DNA of 64,000 nucleotides from the sequence record MW812341.1. One strand, given 5' to 3'. Each line of letters begins with the position of its first letter. The first letter of the stretch is position 1. Below, piece by piece: positions 1 through 9,546 of the stretch. A model generated the notes under the pieces. It saw only the letters and a list, made by a program, of their open reading frames with translations, had not been told where the DNA came from and ran no database searches. The position numbers and the translations under genes are program-made.

Positions 1-491
1 GCCGTATTACGCGGGTTCTCGAAATAGTGATTAAGAGCATTGCTCGCTGATCGCCTCACGCTCTCCTCATCTTCACGATTTAACGTCTTCAATAAATCGA
101 GATGGGGATGACAGGAAGCAGACACAGTTGCAGACGACCCGAACTTGCCTCGCTTACCTTTCATAGTTATTGTCAACGTGTCAATACCCAGAAGTACCAG
201 ACCCTCAATGAAACGCTTCCAGGTCAAGTCAACGCCCACCCCCGGCATGTTACCACTCGTTAGTGCCGTGGCTAATCGGGAGAGACGTTCGTTCGGTTCG
301 GCAGTAGAGCGTCCACGATAGCGCTCATCGTGTGCAAACTCTCTCGCCTTTTCTTTCCAAATCTCAGGGGTAAGCCCCATCTTGGAAACAGTTTTCCAGT
401 AGGCAGTCTGTAAGTATAGACCGATGGGGGTATCGCGTTCCGCCCCCTGGCGTATACTCATTACTACCTTATCATCGCGTTTCTTTGCCAT
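1..491 (-). CDS. Hypothetical protein, runs off the left window edge
   Basis: Manually translated from ATG at 491 (SD AAGGTG): MAKKRDDKVVMSIRQG..., open to base 1. Confidence 0.75.
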   Translation of the reverse strand, partial: MAKKRDDKVVMSIRQGAERDTPIGLYLQTAYWKTVSKMGLTPEIWKEKAREFAHDERYRGRSTAEPNERLSRLATALTSGNMPGVGVDLTWKRFIEGLVLLGIDTLTITMKGKRGKFGSSATVSASCHPHLDLLKTLNREDEESVRRSASNALNHYFENPRNT

Positions 492-521
492 GCTTCACCT
501 TGTTACAAGGGTGGAAGTCTG

Positions 522-1058
522 TCAGAGGTAGTGTTCCACTATACGCTCTAACTCGCGCAAGAGATGCCCTGCTCGGTTGGCCAGTACATCCTTATCAGCG
601 TCGCCATCATCTTTATTGAAAGCTTCCCGATAAATATCTAAGAGACAGAAGATTTTACGGAGTTCATCCCGTGCCTTCTCTGAATCCTGGGTCGCGAAGT
701 AATCGTCTAACCACTTGCGATTTGTAACATCTGCTTTTGCCTCCAGGGTTGTTGGATAGGAACTCCATTCCGGGTTGTGACCCGTCTCACCGATAACGCG
801 ATTGTAATCACGAACTAAAAATAATAGTCGTTCATACGCGATTGTTACAGATGCACAACGGAGTTCTAAATGCCCCGTTAAAGGAAGAGGATGGTAATCT
901 TCCTTACCATATACCAGCGGCTCTGTAAGCAGCTCTAAGCCTACCATGACTCGTTGGTGAAGGTTGTGGGCATTCTTATGGAACTCGCCTTCTAAAAAGC
1001 TTCTACGGCGTTTATAGACGTATCGCTTTAAAGGATTTGTGAGCCACTTGAATGACAT
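522..1058 (-). CDS. Hypothetical protein (178 aa)
   Basis: ORF track; preceded by early-type promoter motif at 1091-1107. Confidence 0.75.
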   Translation of the reverse strand: MSFKWLTNPLKRYVYKRRRSFLEGEFHKNAHNLHQRVMVGLELLTEPLVYGKEDYHPLPLTGHLELRCASVTIAYERLLFLVRDYNRVIGETGHNPEWSSYPTTLEAKADVTNRKWLDDYFATQDSEKARDELRKIFCLLDIYREAFNKDDGDADKDVLANRAGHLLRELERIVEHYL

Positions 1059-1090
1059 ATGTTGATCCTTAGTGAGCAGTAACTCATGAA

Positions 1091-1107
1091 GATAATATCT
1101 GTCTGAG
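1091..1107 (-). promoter_or_regulatory. Early-type phage promoter motif
   Basis: Minus strand CTCAGACAGATATTATC; same motif as 10313, 19978, 28789, 31972; resembles phiKZ early TATATTAC. Confidence 0.55.
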
Positions 1108-1132
1108 TTCTTTTTGAGATGAGGAATAATCC

Positions 1133-1609
1133 ATGAGCGAAGAAGCAGTGGTTAAATACCAAGCCTTCGACGGCGAAGTAGATGATGTAGAGTCGCTTCT
1201 TCGCCAGACACGTCAGGCACGTATCCGTATCGCTAACGAAATTATGGCTGAGCAGGGCGTCCACAAAGACAAGGATTTAGTCGGGTCTTTGGAGAAGATG
1301 CTTGCCGGTGTCGATAAGCAGGTTCTCGGTAAGCAGCGTGCGGAAGCTGCCAGTAAATCAGCCGGTGCGCAACAAGACGTGGCCAACGCCCTTAACAACT
1401 GGGTACGTGATAAGCGTGGTGCGCGTATCGAACGCCACGATGGCCCACCGGAAGGTGAAAATAGAGGATACCAACCCGCCATTCCACATATCCCTGATGG
1501 GGGACAAGGCGAAGGCGAGTTGGCACCGGTAGGAGAGAAAGTCGACGTAGAGCAGATTATGAAGACGGCGTTTTCTCAGCGTCCTGTGGACGAGGACGAC
1601 GAATACTAA
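1133..1609 (+). CDS. Hypothetical protein (158 aa)
   Basis: ORF with SD GAGGA; 3' end overlaps the convergent ORF. Confidence 0.75.
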   Translation: MSEEAVVKYQAFDGEVDDVESLLRQTRQARIRIANEIMAEQGVHKDKDLVGSLEKMLAGVDKQVLGKQRAEAASKSAGAQQDVANALNNWVRDKRGARIERHDGPPEGENRGYQPAIPHIPDGGQGEGELAPVGEKVDVEQIMKTAFSQRPVDEDDEY

Positions 1610-2285
1610 ACAGTCGTGCATCCACAGGGTCAACGGTTACGATCTCCTCCATAAACCGCGTCAACGCCAGGAACGGGTTGACGTTATCTCGCTCGATTGC
1701 ATCTGCTGACGAGTTGGGAATATCAGACACTAGAAGTGCCGGTATCACTATTGTGAATACCGGTGCTTTTACTTCTAAATTTTTTGCCTGAATGTCTATC
1801 CAGCGGAACCAGTCGTACATATACCACGTATCCCACAACGCATTCAAGTGACCGATAGTCAGGTTACCGAATGGGGTGAAAGTTATTTCGACCTTCACTT
1901 CGTTGTAGAACATCCGGAAGTGAGCTTTAAACCGCTCAGCTTCTTCTTCGGTTAAATCGGTATACGGCCACATGTTAATGGTCAACACAGGCGGCTCTAA
2001 CGGCGCAGACATTTGAATCTGCGTGATGTCAGCCAACAACTGGTTTTTCAGTCCGTACAAGAACTCGGTTGGTTCCGCATTCATTAATGCGCGCTTATCG
2101 CGCTTCATGTAATGTTTATCCCAACCGGGGATGCCCGCCAACTCAGCCCAATACTCAGAGCGACGACCCCGATAAACATCCAGGTCAAAAGCTGCAAGTT
2201 CTTTGGGATGGGTAACTCTTGCCCACCCTACGCGGGTATCGAAGATGGTGTCTACACACACAAGATATCGGCGGCCAGTTCTCAT
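1557..2285 (-). CDS. Conserved jumbo-phage protein, possibly a degenerate HAD fold
   Basis: 242 aa; N-terminal YLVCVDTIFDT (DxxxD-like); ATGA-coupled to the RNAP fragment gene. Confidence 0.6.
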   Translation of the reverse strand: MRTGRRYLVCVDTIFDTRVGWARVTHPKELAAFDLDVYRGRRSEYWAELAGIPGWDKHYMKRDKRALMNAEPTEFLYGLKNQLLADITQIQMSAPLEPPVLTINMWPYTDLTEEEAERFKAHFRMFYNEVKVEITFTPFGNLTIGHLNALWDTWYMYDWFRWIDIQAKNLEVKAPVFTIVIPALLVSDIPNSSADAIERDNVNPFLALTRFMEEIVTVDPVDARLFSIRRPRPQDAEKTPSS

Positions 2286-2950
2286 TGCGGGTTACCTATA
2301 TTGTTACCGATGCCCATGGCTTTCAGATAAGCGCTCCACGTACGTGTAGCTTTCGCACTGGTACGTTCTGCACCAGGAATCTGAATACGGCCAGCACCGG
2401 TTTGACGAATGGATTGATAGAACGCGCGTTGCAATGCTTCATTGCCCCCGCGTGCATGCAGGAATTCTTCCAACGTGTTATCGAGTCCGTCGGAGAACAT
2501 GATGTAGGCTTCCGGGAAGGAAACCCCTGAGGCTTTAGATGGCCCCACCACCTGGCCAGATAGCTTGTCACGAACTTTGTCGTTCTTAGCCACTGCCATT
2601 TTCTTTTCCTGCATCTGCGTCTGTCTACGAGCCGGTAATGGCATCACAATGTGAGGCCAGCGAGTACGGTGTAATAACCCCGTCTTCGGCTCAGTAAAGA
2701 ACAAACGCTGGCACAGCTCTAACCCCATGATGCGACAAATTTCAATGTTGCGCATGTGGTCAATCTGTACCTTCCCGCCCGCCGGATTGTAAATAGGAAT
2801 ACCATCGCGAAGCTTATTGAAATCATCATCCGAGAGTTTCGGTAGACGGCGCTTCATTGCCTCAGCATTTATACCGCTGGGGTCAGTGAGTTTCAAAAGC
2901 TGAATCACATACGCTTCGGCCTTTTTACGGCGTGCAGGATCTAATCTCAT
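2282..2950 (-). CDS. Virion RNA polymerase beta subunit, C-terminal fragment (phiKZ gp149-like)
   Basis: RDKLSGQVVGPSKASGVSFPEAYIMFSDGLDNTLEEFLHARGGNE..QRAFYQSIRQTG aligns by eye with RpoB C-terminus (QQPLGGK..GGQRFGEME.WAL.AYGA..TLQE.LTVKSDD..GR..Y..I..G). Confidence 0.8.
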   Translation of the reverse strand: MRLDPARRKKAEAYVIQLLKLTDPSGINAEAMKRRLPKLSDDDFNKLRDGIPIYNPAGGKVQIDHMRNIEICRIMGLELCQRLFFTEPKTGLLHRTRWPHIVMPLPARRQTQMQEKKMAVAKNDKVRDKLSGQVVGPSKASGVSFPEAYIMFSDGLDNTLEEFLHARGGNEALQRAFYQSIRQTGAGRIQIPGAERTSAKATRTWSAYLKAMGIGNNIGNPQ

Positions 2951-3273
2951 TGAATCAACCTCGATAGACGTAAATCAGGATATACAGCTCGCTCCAGATC
3001 TTCTATCCAGTACGGGATGGCGTCCGCATTCTCAGGCGTACCAATTACCGGCATTTTACTTTTGCCTTGGGTGGCATCAGTGAACAGCTGGGTATAATAC
3101 GCATTCGCTTCAATAGCGAACTCTTTCAGCGTTTGTCGTGGGGTAGAGAAATTCTCAACGAACTTCTCGCTCTCATGTCGATCAATAGCCGCAAGACCTT
3201 GACGCAGGCGCTCGACAATACTATCTTGATAACGCATGTCAGCTCCTATAACGGCGGGTTGCCCCGCCGTCAA
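2947..3273 (-). CDS. Conserved hypothetical protein (108 aa)
   Basis: ORF coupled between the RecA-like and RNAP genes. Confidence 0.7.
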   Translation of the reverse strand: MTAGQPAVIGADMRYQDSIVERLRQGLAAIDRHESEKFVENFSTPRQTLKEFAIEANAYYTQLFTDATQGKSKMPVIGTPENADAIPYWIEDLERAVYPDLRLSRLIQ

Positions 3274-3276
3274 CGA

Positions 3277-4773
3277 TTATTTTTTCTTGGTTAAGAACTT
3301 CGGTTCCAGACCATCAACCGCCATCGCCAGCAGAGACATTGCGGTTAAGCAACGTTTACCACCTTTGACTTCCTGGTCTTTGAACATCCAGTATTCAACC
3401 GTGTTGTCGAGAATCTCGTCCCAGCTCCACTTCTCATTGATCTTCTCATACAATTCACGAGGAGTGATGTGGTATTTCATTTCCAGACGATGGTAGTTGT
3501 TCTGCATGTATGCCAGAGCAACCGTGATTTCCAGAGCACGACGAAGTCGGTTGTTCTCGTCACACATGTCACGGATGGTGGTACGTTGGAACTTCACCCC
3601 TGGCAAGAGATGCATTTCCTTAATAGCACCGCCTGAACCTGAGCTATCGAAGCCGAAGTCTGACTTCAACACTTTGTTCAGGTAATGCCACAGAGAGAGG
3701 TGATACAGCAGACCCATCTCTTGGGAGAACACCATACGGAACTTAACGCCGGTATGACCGCCCTTCGCACGATACTGAGTAAAGACGATTTCTTTCAAGT
3801 CGTTTACTGAGGCATTCATGGCCTTAGAACGGCTGGTCGGATACATCTCTTCGTTAACGCCAGTTTTGGCATCATACGTGTTGTCGTGCTTCAACTCGCC
3901 AGACTTGGTCGCTACCAGCAGGGAGTTGGTCAAGAAGGAAATCTGACGACGCGGAATACCCGCAAACTTCAGATCATCGCCAGCATCATCAAGAAGCTTG
4001 GCGTTAGCCGGTTTAGCACCACGAGTGTTCGACATGGCTTTGCCAGAGTCGTCTGCCAGCTGTGCTACGAAGCCCAGGAAGAAACCGCCGCGTGCCAATG
4101 CCGTTGGCCAGCGAGACATCATGTTGGATTTCTCCAGTGAGTCACGCATGTTCAAGGCGTTCTGCTCAGAGTCACCGACTCTGGTTTCAGCGTGTTTGTC
4201 TTCGATTTTCGAAGAGTGCCATTCTGACAGTGAGTCGATGGAGTACAGCCACGGGTCGTTCATCTTCTTGTTGGCTTTACGGATAGGGTCACGGAATGGT
4301 GTTTCACGAACACCTTTACCCGCCATATACGTTTTGAAGCGGCCCTCAACTTCGTCACGAATGTACGTGGCGTAGTATTCTTCGCCAGGCAGAATCTCTG
4401 CACCGACCAAGTTATAACGACCGGCTTCAATCAGGGACAGAACGGTAGAGTCATCGTGGATACCGTTGGCGTTCTTAGCTGAAATGAAACCCTGCTCTAA
4501 ACGGTCAAGCGCAGCTGAGATCTCAGTGTCGAACTTCGACCCCCAATCTGCTTGATAGCGTTGGAGTATCATGAAGATACAGAAGTCCAGCAATGTGGAC
4601 TTAAAGGTATTACCACGACCTGCGAAACCCATGATGTGGGCAAAGCCGCCATTCAGGTAATACAGACCATCCTCACCCTTCTCGTACGTACCGAGAGCGT
4701 GATCCATGATGGTAAACACGTTGAAACGTGGGCGAATTACTTCCCCCATGACTTGCTTAGCTGGGCCTGCCAT
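3277..4773 (-). CDS. uvsX: RecA/UvsX-like recombinase
   Basis: 498 aa; Walker A GRGNTFKST, Walker B YSIDSLSE; position next to the RNAP beta-C gene as in phiKZ-like phages. Confidence 0.75.
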   Translation of the reverse strand: MAGPAKQVMGEVIRPRFNVFTIMDHALGTYEKGEDGLYYLNGGFAHIMGFAGRGNTFKSTLLDFCIFMILQRYQADWGSKFDTEISAALDRLEQGFISAKNANGIHDDSTVLSLIEAGRYNLVGAEILPGEEYYATYIRDEVEGRFKTYMAGKGVRETPFRDPIRKANKKMNDPWLYSIDSLSEWHSSKIEDKHAETRVGDSEQNALNMRDSLEKSNMMSRWPTALARGGFFLGFVAQLADDSGKAMSNTRGAKPANAKLLDDAGDDLKFAGIPRRQISFLTNSLLVATKSGELKHDNTYDAKTGVNEEMYPTSRSKAMNASVNDLKEIVFTQYRAKGGHTGVKFRMVFSQEMGLLYHLSLWHYLNKVLKSDFGFDSSGSGGAIKEMHLLPGVKFQRTTIRDMCDENNRLRRALEITVALAYMQNNYHRLEMKYHITPRELYEKINEKWSWDEILDNTVEYWMFKDQEVKGGKRCLTAMSLLAMAVDGLEPKFLTKKK

Positions 4774-4793
4774 TTAGCGCTCCGTTTTTTATA

Positions 4794-5072
4794 TTAACGT
4801 TTTTTGATGGGTAACAACAGACGGCGACCGTGCCAGACTTCGAAGTGGTTCTCAACCCATTGCTCGCCTTCCAGGTTACGGAAGCGGTTCTTGTTGCGGT
4901 CGTCAATTTCAATAGTGACAAGACGACGGCCGTCGGACTGGGCGGTGATATCTTTGATCGTCCCGACGACTAACTGAGAGTTGTCCGGGTTCTTCTTGAT
5001 CGGGGTGGTGTAAATCTCTGGTTCAACTTTCCCGCGCAGTGAGCGGGTAAACATTTTCAATTCCATTCTCAA
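4794..5072 (-). CDS. Hypothetical protein (92 aa)
   Basis: ORF with SD GAGGT; bipartite promoter 20 nt upstream. Confidence 0.7.
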   Translation of the reverse strand: MRMELKMFTRSLRGKVEPEIYTTPIKKNPDNSQLVVGTIKDITAQSDGRRLVTIEIDDRNKNRFRNLEGEQWVENHFEVWHGRRLLLPIKKR

Positions 5073-5092
5073 TTACCTCAGTTGGACGTCTA

Positions 5093-5118
5093 CATAACAC
5101 AGGGTACAGCTGTAAAAA
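5093..5118 (-). promoter_or_regulatory. Bipartite middle-type promoter TTTTTACA-N14-TATG
   Basis: Spacing counted from sequence; one of 10 copies. Confidence 0.6.
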
Positions 5119-5154
5119 GACTTAGTATGTAGCCCTTCCTTTATTCCCCTCGAG

Positions 5155-5916
5155 GTGAAAATGAACCTGAATCCAATTGCTGCGCTTTCGACTTTTGCCT
5201 CGAAGGTCGCAACAGTCTTACCCGGTGTGTTAATCGACAACCAAAAAGCTACCGAAGCTATTGCGACGGTAGAAGAAGCTGGTGAGTTGGCTCGCTGGAT
5301 GCGCAAAGAGAAGTTCATGAATTTCCGTGGCATGTTAGTTCCTGTGCCGCCGGGTATGAACGTGTTTATGATTGACCACGTCCAGCGTCTGGAATCGGTC
5401 TGGTCGGTACTGCAAGATATCGTTACCGGGGTATTAGACCCAGTGACCAAACAGTTGGCTGCGTTCACGCATGATAAAGCCAGCCTGTCGGTACCGGGTA
5501 CATTCCGCTATAAAGATTTCAAGTTCCCGTTGAAAAACGTCGACCCGCAGGATTTGGTGAAGAAGCTTGCTTCCTCATACACCACAACTGCATTAGACAG
5601 CCGTCCTCTGGAAAAGGTTTACCATAGTGCCGGTGATATCGAAACGGTATTGGCTCGTGCTAAAGCGCTGCACACTGAGCTGACGAAAAAGCTGAAGAAA
5701 AATATTGACCGCAATATCGAAACGATTGGCATCAGTGTGGATACCATCAGCGAAACCACTATCCATGCCTCTAACGCTGCCGACATCATTAAGATGGTTG
5801 ACAATGCGTCAGACTGGGTAGAGTTGTTCGGTCTGTTCATGAAACAGACTAACGAACTGATTAACGCAATGGAAGCCACTTCCGTTCAGCTCAAGCAGTT
5901 GTCTGAAAGCAAATAG
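5155..5916 (+). CDS. Probable virion (head) protein, phiKZ gp153-like
   Basis: 253 aa; KATE/A candidate prohead-protease site; TATG at 5126 upstream; synteny inferred. Confidence 0.6.
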   Translation: MKMNLNPIAALSTFASKVATVLPGVLIDNQKATEAIATVEEAGELARWMRKEKFMNFRGMLVPVPPGMNVFMIDHVQRLESVWSVLQDIVTGVLDPVTKQLAAFTHDKASLSVPGTFRYKDFKFPLKNVDPQDLVKKLASSYTTTALDSRPLEKVYHSAGDIETVLARAKALHTELTKKLKKNIDRNIETIGISVDTISETTIHASNAADIIKMVDNASDWVELFGLFMKQTNELINAMEATSVQLKQLSESK

Positions 5917-5917
5917 C

Positions 5918-5969
5918 AAAAAAAAAGAACTACCACTCCGCTAGGGGTGGTAGTCTTTATTTATTTTTT
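5918..5969. terminator. Bidirectional intrinsic terminator
   Basis: ACTACCACTCC-GCTA-GGGGTGGTAGT hairpin with A-run before and T-run after, between convergent genes. Confidence 0.8.
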
Positions 5970-6494
5970 GCCGAAGCGAACGACGTACTTCGCCGACCAA
6001 TGACAGATGGTCGAGTATACTTCTTTCGCGATGAGGCTAAAGCTCTTGGCGATGGTTTCCAGGTAACGTTTACGCAGCTCTTCGCGATCGATGGAGGCGT
6101 ACGCCAGACGCAGCGTATCGGTCTCTTCCCGTGTTTCCGCGACGAGTTTATCCTGCGACAACCCTTCATCGAACAAGGTGAACAACTTCTCCCCACGAGA
6201 GAGAATCAACTTGTTCCACGTTTCCATTTCACGTACTGGAAGTTTATCCGGATGCTTTTCGAGTTCCACCGCTTCCACATCACTGAACTCAATCGTGGCG
6301 ATGGTGTCCGCCAAGTCAGCCAGTTGTGCGCGTACATTCTCCATCTCTATCTGTGCGATGAATTTGGCGTAATGAATGTACTCTTGCGGCAGCGACATCA
6401 AAATAGCTTCGCAGAGCTGGTCAGTAATCTTCCGGTCACTTTTCAGAAAGATTTCACGAAACTCATCGCTGCTAAGGTAAAAGATGACCTTCAT
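5961..6494 (-). CDS. Hypothetical protein, paralog array A member
   Basis: 177 aa; N-term MKVIFYL, C-terminal helix ending RFGKK. Confidence 0.75.
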   Translation of the reverse strand: MKVIFYLSSDEFREIFLKSDRKITDQLCEAILMSLPQEYIHYAKFIAQIEMENVRAQLADLADTIATIEFSDVEAVELEKHPDKLPVREMETWNKLILSRGEKLFTLFDEGLSQDKLVAETREETDTLRLAYASIDREELRKRYLETIAKSFSLIAKEVYSTICHWSAKYVVRFGKK

Positions 6495-6497
6495 ACC

Positions 6498-6983
6498 CTA
6501 TCCCTTTTTGAACTGAACGGATATCTCAAACACTTTATCGACCGTATCCAGCCAAAGTTGTTTAACGAATACCCTTAATTCTTCTTCAAGAAACTGATGA
6601 AACGCATCCTTTACTTCCTGAGTGTATTCCACCCAGGGTTCACCCATCAGGATAACATCTTCCTCATCAATCCGCAGCTTCAGTCTAGCGAGGGTTTCAT
6701 CCAGACGTAAACCCACGGTACTGAACTCCACCTTACGTGACACGGCGTTCTCTTCAACATCTGCTTCGTTGAATTCAAACACTAGACATGAACCGGCTAA
6801 CACCGCCAACGGTGCCCATACCGGATCGAACGCTCGCTGGGTAATGAGCTTTGCCTGGTTTTTGTATTCGGTAGGAAGCATGGTTCTAATCACGCACTGG
6901 TATTTCTTAAACACCTTGTTCGAGAATTTGTGCCATGCGCCTTTCTTGCCGTCGGGTGTTAGATTAATGATGACCTTCATCAT
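6498..6983 (-). CDS. Hypothetical protein, paralog array A member
   Basis: 161 aa; MMKVIINL ... EEVKDAFHQFLEE ... VQFKKG. Confidence 0.75.
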   Translation of the reverse strand: MMKVIINLTPDGKKGAWHKFSNKVFKKYQCVIRTMLPTEYKNQAKLITQRAFDPVWAPLAVLAGSCLVFEFNEADVEENAVSRKVEFSTVGLRLDETLARLKLRIDEEDVILMGEPWVEYTQEVKDAFHQFLEEELRVFVKQLWLDTVDKVFEISVQFKKG

Positions 6984-7486
6984 TTCTCCTTGGAAAAACG
7001 AAACGTAATCTCAGAGACTTCAGCGAACATTTCATCGTACAACTCTTTCGCTAAAATCATCAGACACTTTTCCATGTATTGGTAGAAAGCCAGCTTGACT
7101 TCCTCCGTATACAGTTCCCAGTTGTTCAGACGCTGACTATGTGTGTTCATGATGAGATATTTGACACGGTCAAGGAGAACGGTCATGCGATTGTCCAACG
7201 TGAATTGATCTACATTGGTTTCAATCACACCCCTTTCTCGATCATCTGCATCATACACGAATACAAACACAGCCTGCGAGAACTCCTTCACCGGCTCGTA
7301 CAACGGGTTAAACATCGAGCGAATAAGCCAGTCAGAAGAATCAATCTTATCCTGGGGTAACATCTGCTCGATTACCGGTATGTAGTTCTCACGCGTCTGC
7401 CGCATGAAATTGCCCCAGAACTTACCTGAGGCATGCGGCTTTATCGTGATGGCGAGATTCATACGCTGGTCGCTTTTTGCATGCAC
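6980..7486 (-). CDS. Hypothetical protein, paralog array A member (start probably 7462, MNLAITIK)
   Basis: EEVKLAFYQYMEK ... FRFSKEK; ATG at 7462 overlaps the upstream stop (ATGA). Confidence 0.75.
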   Translation of the reverse strand: MHAKSDQRMNLAITIKPHASGKFWGNFMRQTRENYIPVIEQMLPQDKIDSSDWLIRSMFNPLYEPVKEFSQAVFVFVYDADDRERGVIETNVDQFTLDNRMTVLLDRVKYLIMNTHSQRLNNWELYTEEVKLAFYQYMEKCLMILAKELYDEMFAEVSEITFRFSKEK

Positions 7487-8004
7487 TCCAGATTGTAGGC
7501 CAATTCGTTACGGCAGATTTGAATGACTTTATCCTGGGCGTGCTTGATGATGTTATCCATGGTAAGGATAGATTCGGAATCAAACAACTCCGATAGTCCT
7601 ACCATTTCAAACGTGTTAACTGACTCGTCCCACTCGCGTGGAATCGAGACATATACTTCATTGATGTTGATAGTGGCAATTTCGTCCAGCGATTGTGAAG
7701 CCGAAGTAAAGCCAGACTGAATCAATGCGAGGATTTCTTCAATCGATTCGTAGCAAAGAAACGGAATGCGATGCGGAAACTGAAGAATGTTCCGGAGCTT
7801 GTCAGTGATGTAGGAGATGGCCGTATCGATTACTGCATCGGACTCAACCAGGTAGTGTGGCTTACCTGTTTCGGACTTCTTACTGTTTTCGTACTTGCTC
7901 ACCGCCTCGTTGACTTCAAACGTCAGTTCTGCTTTCATTTCACCCAAAGCCTTATTCAAGGCAACGCGTGAATCAGAGAGCGAGAAATCGAGAATTAACT
8001 GCAT
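7459..8004 (-). CDS. Hypothetical protein (181 aa)
   Basis: ORF with SD AAGGA; coupled to array A. Confidence 0.7.
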   Translation of the reverse strand: MQLILDFSLSDSRVALNKALGEMKAELTFEVNEAVSKYENSKKSETGKPHYLVESDAVIDTAISYITDKLRNILQFPHRIPFLCYESIEEILALIQSGFTSASQSLDEIATININEVYVSIPREWDESVNTFEMVGLSELFDSESILTMDNIIKHAQDKVIQICRNELAYNLECMQKATSV

Positions 8005-8335
8005 CGCTAGTCCTTAATGCCAAAGCATCTATGGTTTGTTCTTCTAAAGACCGAATGTGATAACGACACTGCACTAAATCGGCAGGCGTAAAGTACAAAT
8101 CGGTCTGGGTTAGGTTGTGAGTGTCGAGAATCATTCGTAACTCAGTACGGAGTTCGTAAATGACTTCGGCTAGATGGTCTCGTACGATATCGTAGATACG
8201 TTTAAAATTGGCTTCATGTGAAGTAAACATGAAACTGTATTTCTCACGCAGAATCGATGTAACATGATGTTGTTGGCGAACGCTAGGAAGAATGTACCCA
8301 CGCGTGGCACACTCCATCACAAGCGTTGCTAACAT
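7973..8335 (-). CDS. Hypothetical protein (about 120 aa; start reassigned from 8434)
   Basis: ATG at 8335 overlaps the upstream TGA (TGATG), removing a 100-nt overlap. Confidence 0.6.
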   Translation of the reverse strand: MLATLVMECATRGYILPSVRQQHHVTSILREKYSFMFTSHEANFKRIYDIVRDHLAEVIYELRTELRMILDTHNLTQTDLYFTPADLVQCRYHIRSLEEQTIDALALRTSDAVNSRFLAL

Positions 8336-9168
8336 CAGGTATTCCCATCCACCTCTTTTAGCTTCTCCCGAAACTGGGATACGGCTATAACCGACTTGTA
8401 GTCGCATGAGCGCGTGGCTGTAAACACAACGCATAACTCGTCACCTTTGGAGAGTTTATTGATGCAGTGTTTCCCGTACTTCTCTAAATCGAGAATCGAG
8501 ATGTTCTTGTACCGTGTCTGACCGGTAATCGGCGTACAAGGCGAGTGGTCATGACGCCACATGAACTTATGCGGGAGACCGTTAGCCGGAAACTCCTTCA
8601 GTAGTGCTTCGTACTCATCACTCTCACCGATGTCGTGATAGAAGCGAACGTAGAACTCCTCCGTTTCATCTTCCATATCTCCACCGAACCACATGGTGTA
8701 GTTCAGTAGATCTTCATCGCGGGCAAAAGTGATGTACGCGTCATAGAAGTTAGCCACATCATACAGCGTGCCCAACATCCCGACATTCACACCCATGTTA
8801 GAGTCCAGGTCTTTGCGGCTACGCCAACGCTTGGCCCAGTCGTACATGCCGCAGACACGCGACACCAATTCCACCGCCTTCTCGCAATCTGCCATACAGC
8901 CTGTGTCACGAAGGTCTTGACACAACCACGCATCGCGGTACTCCAATGGAGCCATACGGGCGTAACCTTTCGAGGACTGCTCTATATCCCACAACCTTGC
9001 GGTCAGTAGGTGATAGATTTCGCTGTGCGCGTCTGGGAGGTACAACATAGCTATCTCCCTTGCCATAACCAAATACGCGGTCTGTGCCGCGTTATGGTAT
9101 TTTGGCCCGGCCATGCGGTGAAGGTGATCGTGCAGTCCTGATAGTAAATGTAAACGTGCACGCTTCAT
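8335..9168 (-). CDS. Hypothetical protein (277 aa)
   Basis: ORF with SD GAGG; in a minus-strand operon. Confidence 0.75.
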   Translation of the reverse strand: MKRARLHLLSGLHDHLHRMAGPKYHNAAQTAYLVMAREIAMLYLPDAHSEIYHLLTARLWDIEQSSKGYARMAPLEYRDAWLCQDLRDTGCMADCEKAVELVSRVCGMYDWAKRWRSRKDLDSNMGVNVGMLGTLYDVANFYDAYITFARDEDLLNYTMWFGGDMEDETEEFYVRFYHDIGESDEYEALLKEFPANGLPHKFMWRHDHSPCTPITGQTRYKNISILDLEKYGKHCINKLSKGDELCVVFTATRSCDYKSVIAVSQFREKLKEVDGNT

Positions 9169-9170
9169 GG

Positions 9171-9536
9171 TTACGCCTCGTAGATGAACGCCGTGTCTTT
9201 TGGTTTCTCAGCAGTGGAGCGGAACTTCTGGACTTTCACCCAACCGCCACTCACGCCGAACTCTACCGATAACGCCACATCGACTTCGTTTTCCAACATA
9301 GGCCCACCGGTGCCCGCCGCAATAAACAGGATGCGGAGTTGGCGCGCTTCCACTGCCTCTGCACGAATACCACGGAGGCGAGTACAGTCGAAACGACTAT
9401 CGCCAGTCGCATCAAAAATACCAGGCGTTTGTGGGCCACCACCATCCATATTCAAATCACGGGGTACGGTGACTAACATCACGCCCGAGTTATTAAAATC
9501 TGCTGCGTATTTACCTACGGTTTCTAAAATATTCAT
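9171..9536 (-). CDS. Hypothetical protein (121 aa)
   Basis: ORF with SD AAGGAG. Confidence 0.7.
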   Translation of the reverse strand: MNILETVGKYAADFNNSGVMLVTVPRDLNMDGGGPQTPGIFDATGDSRFDCTRLRGIRAEAVEARQLRILFIAAGTGGPMLENEVDVALSVEFGVSGGWVKVQKFRSTAEKPKDTAFIYEA

Positions 9537-9546
9537 TTGATACTCC

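Noticed and set aside
6000-6578. 192-aa plus-strand ORF
   Set aside because: Antisense to paralog array A and downstream of a terminator
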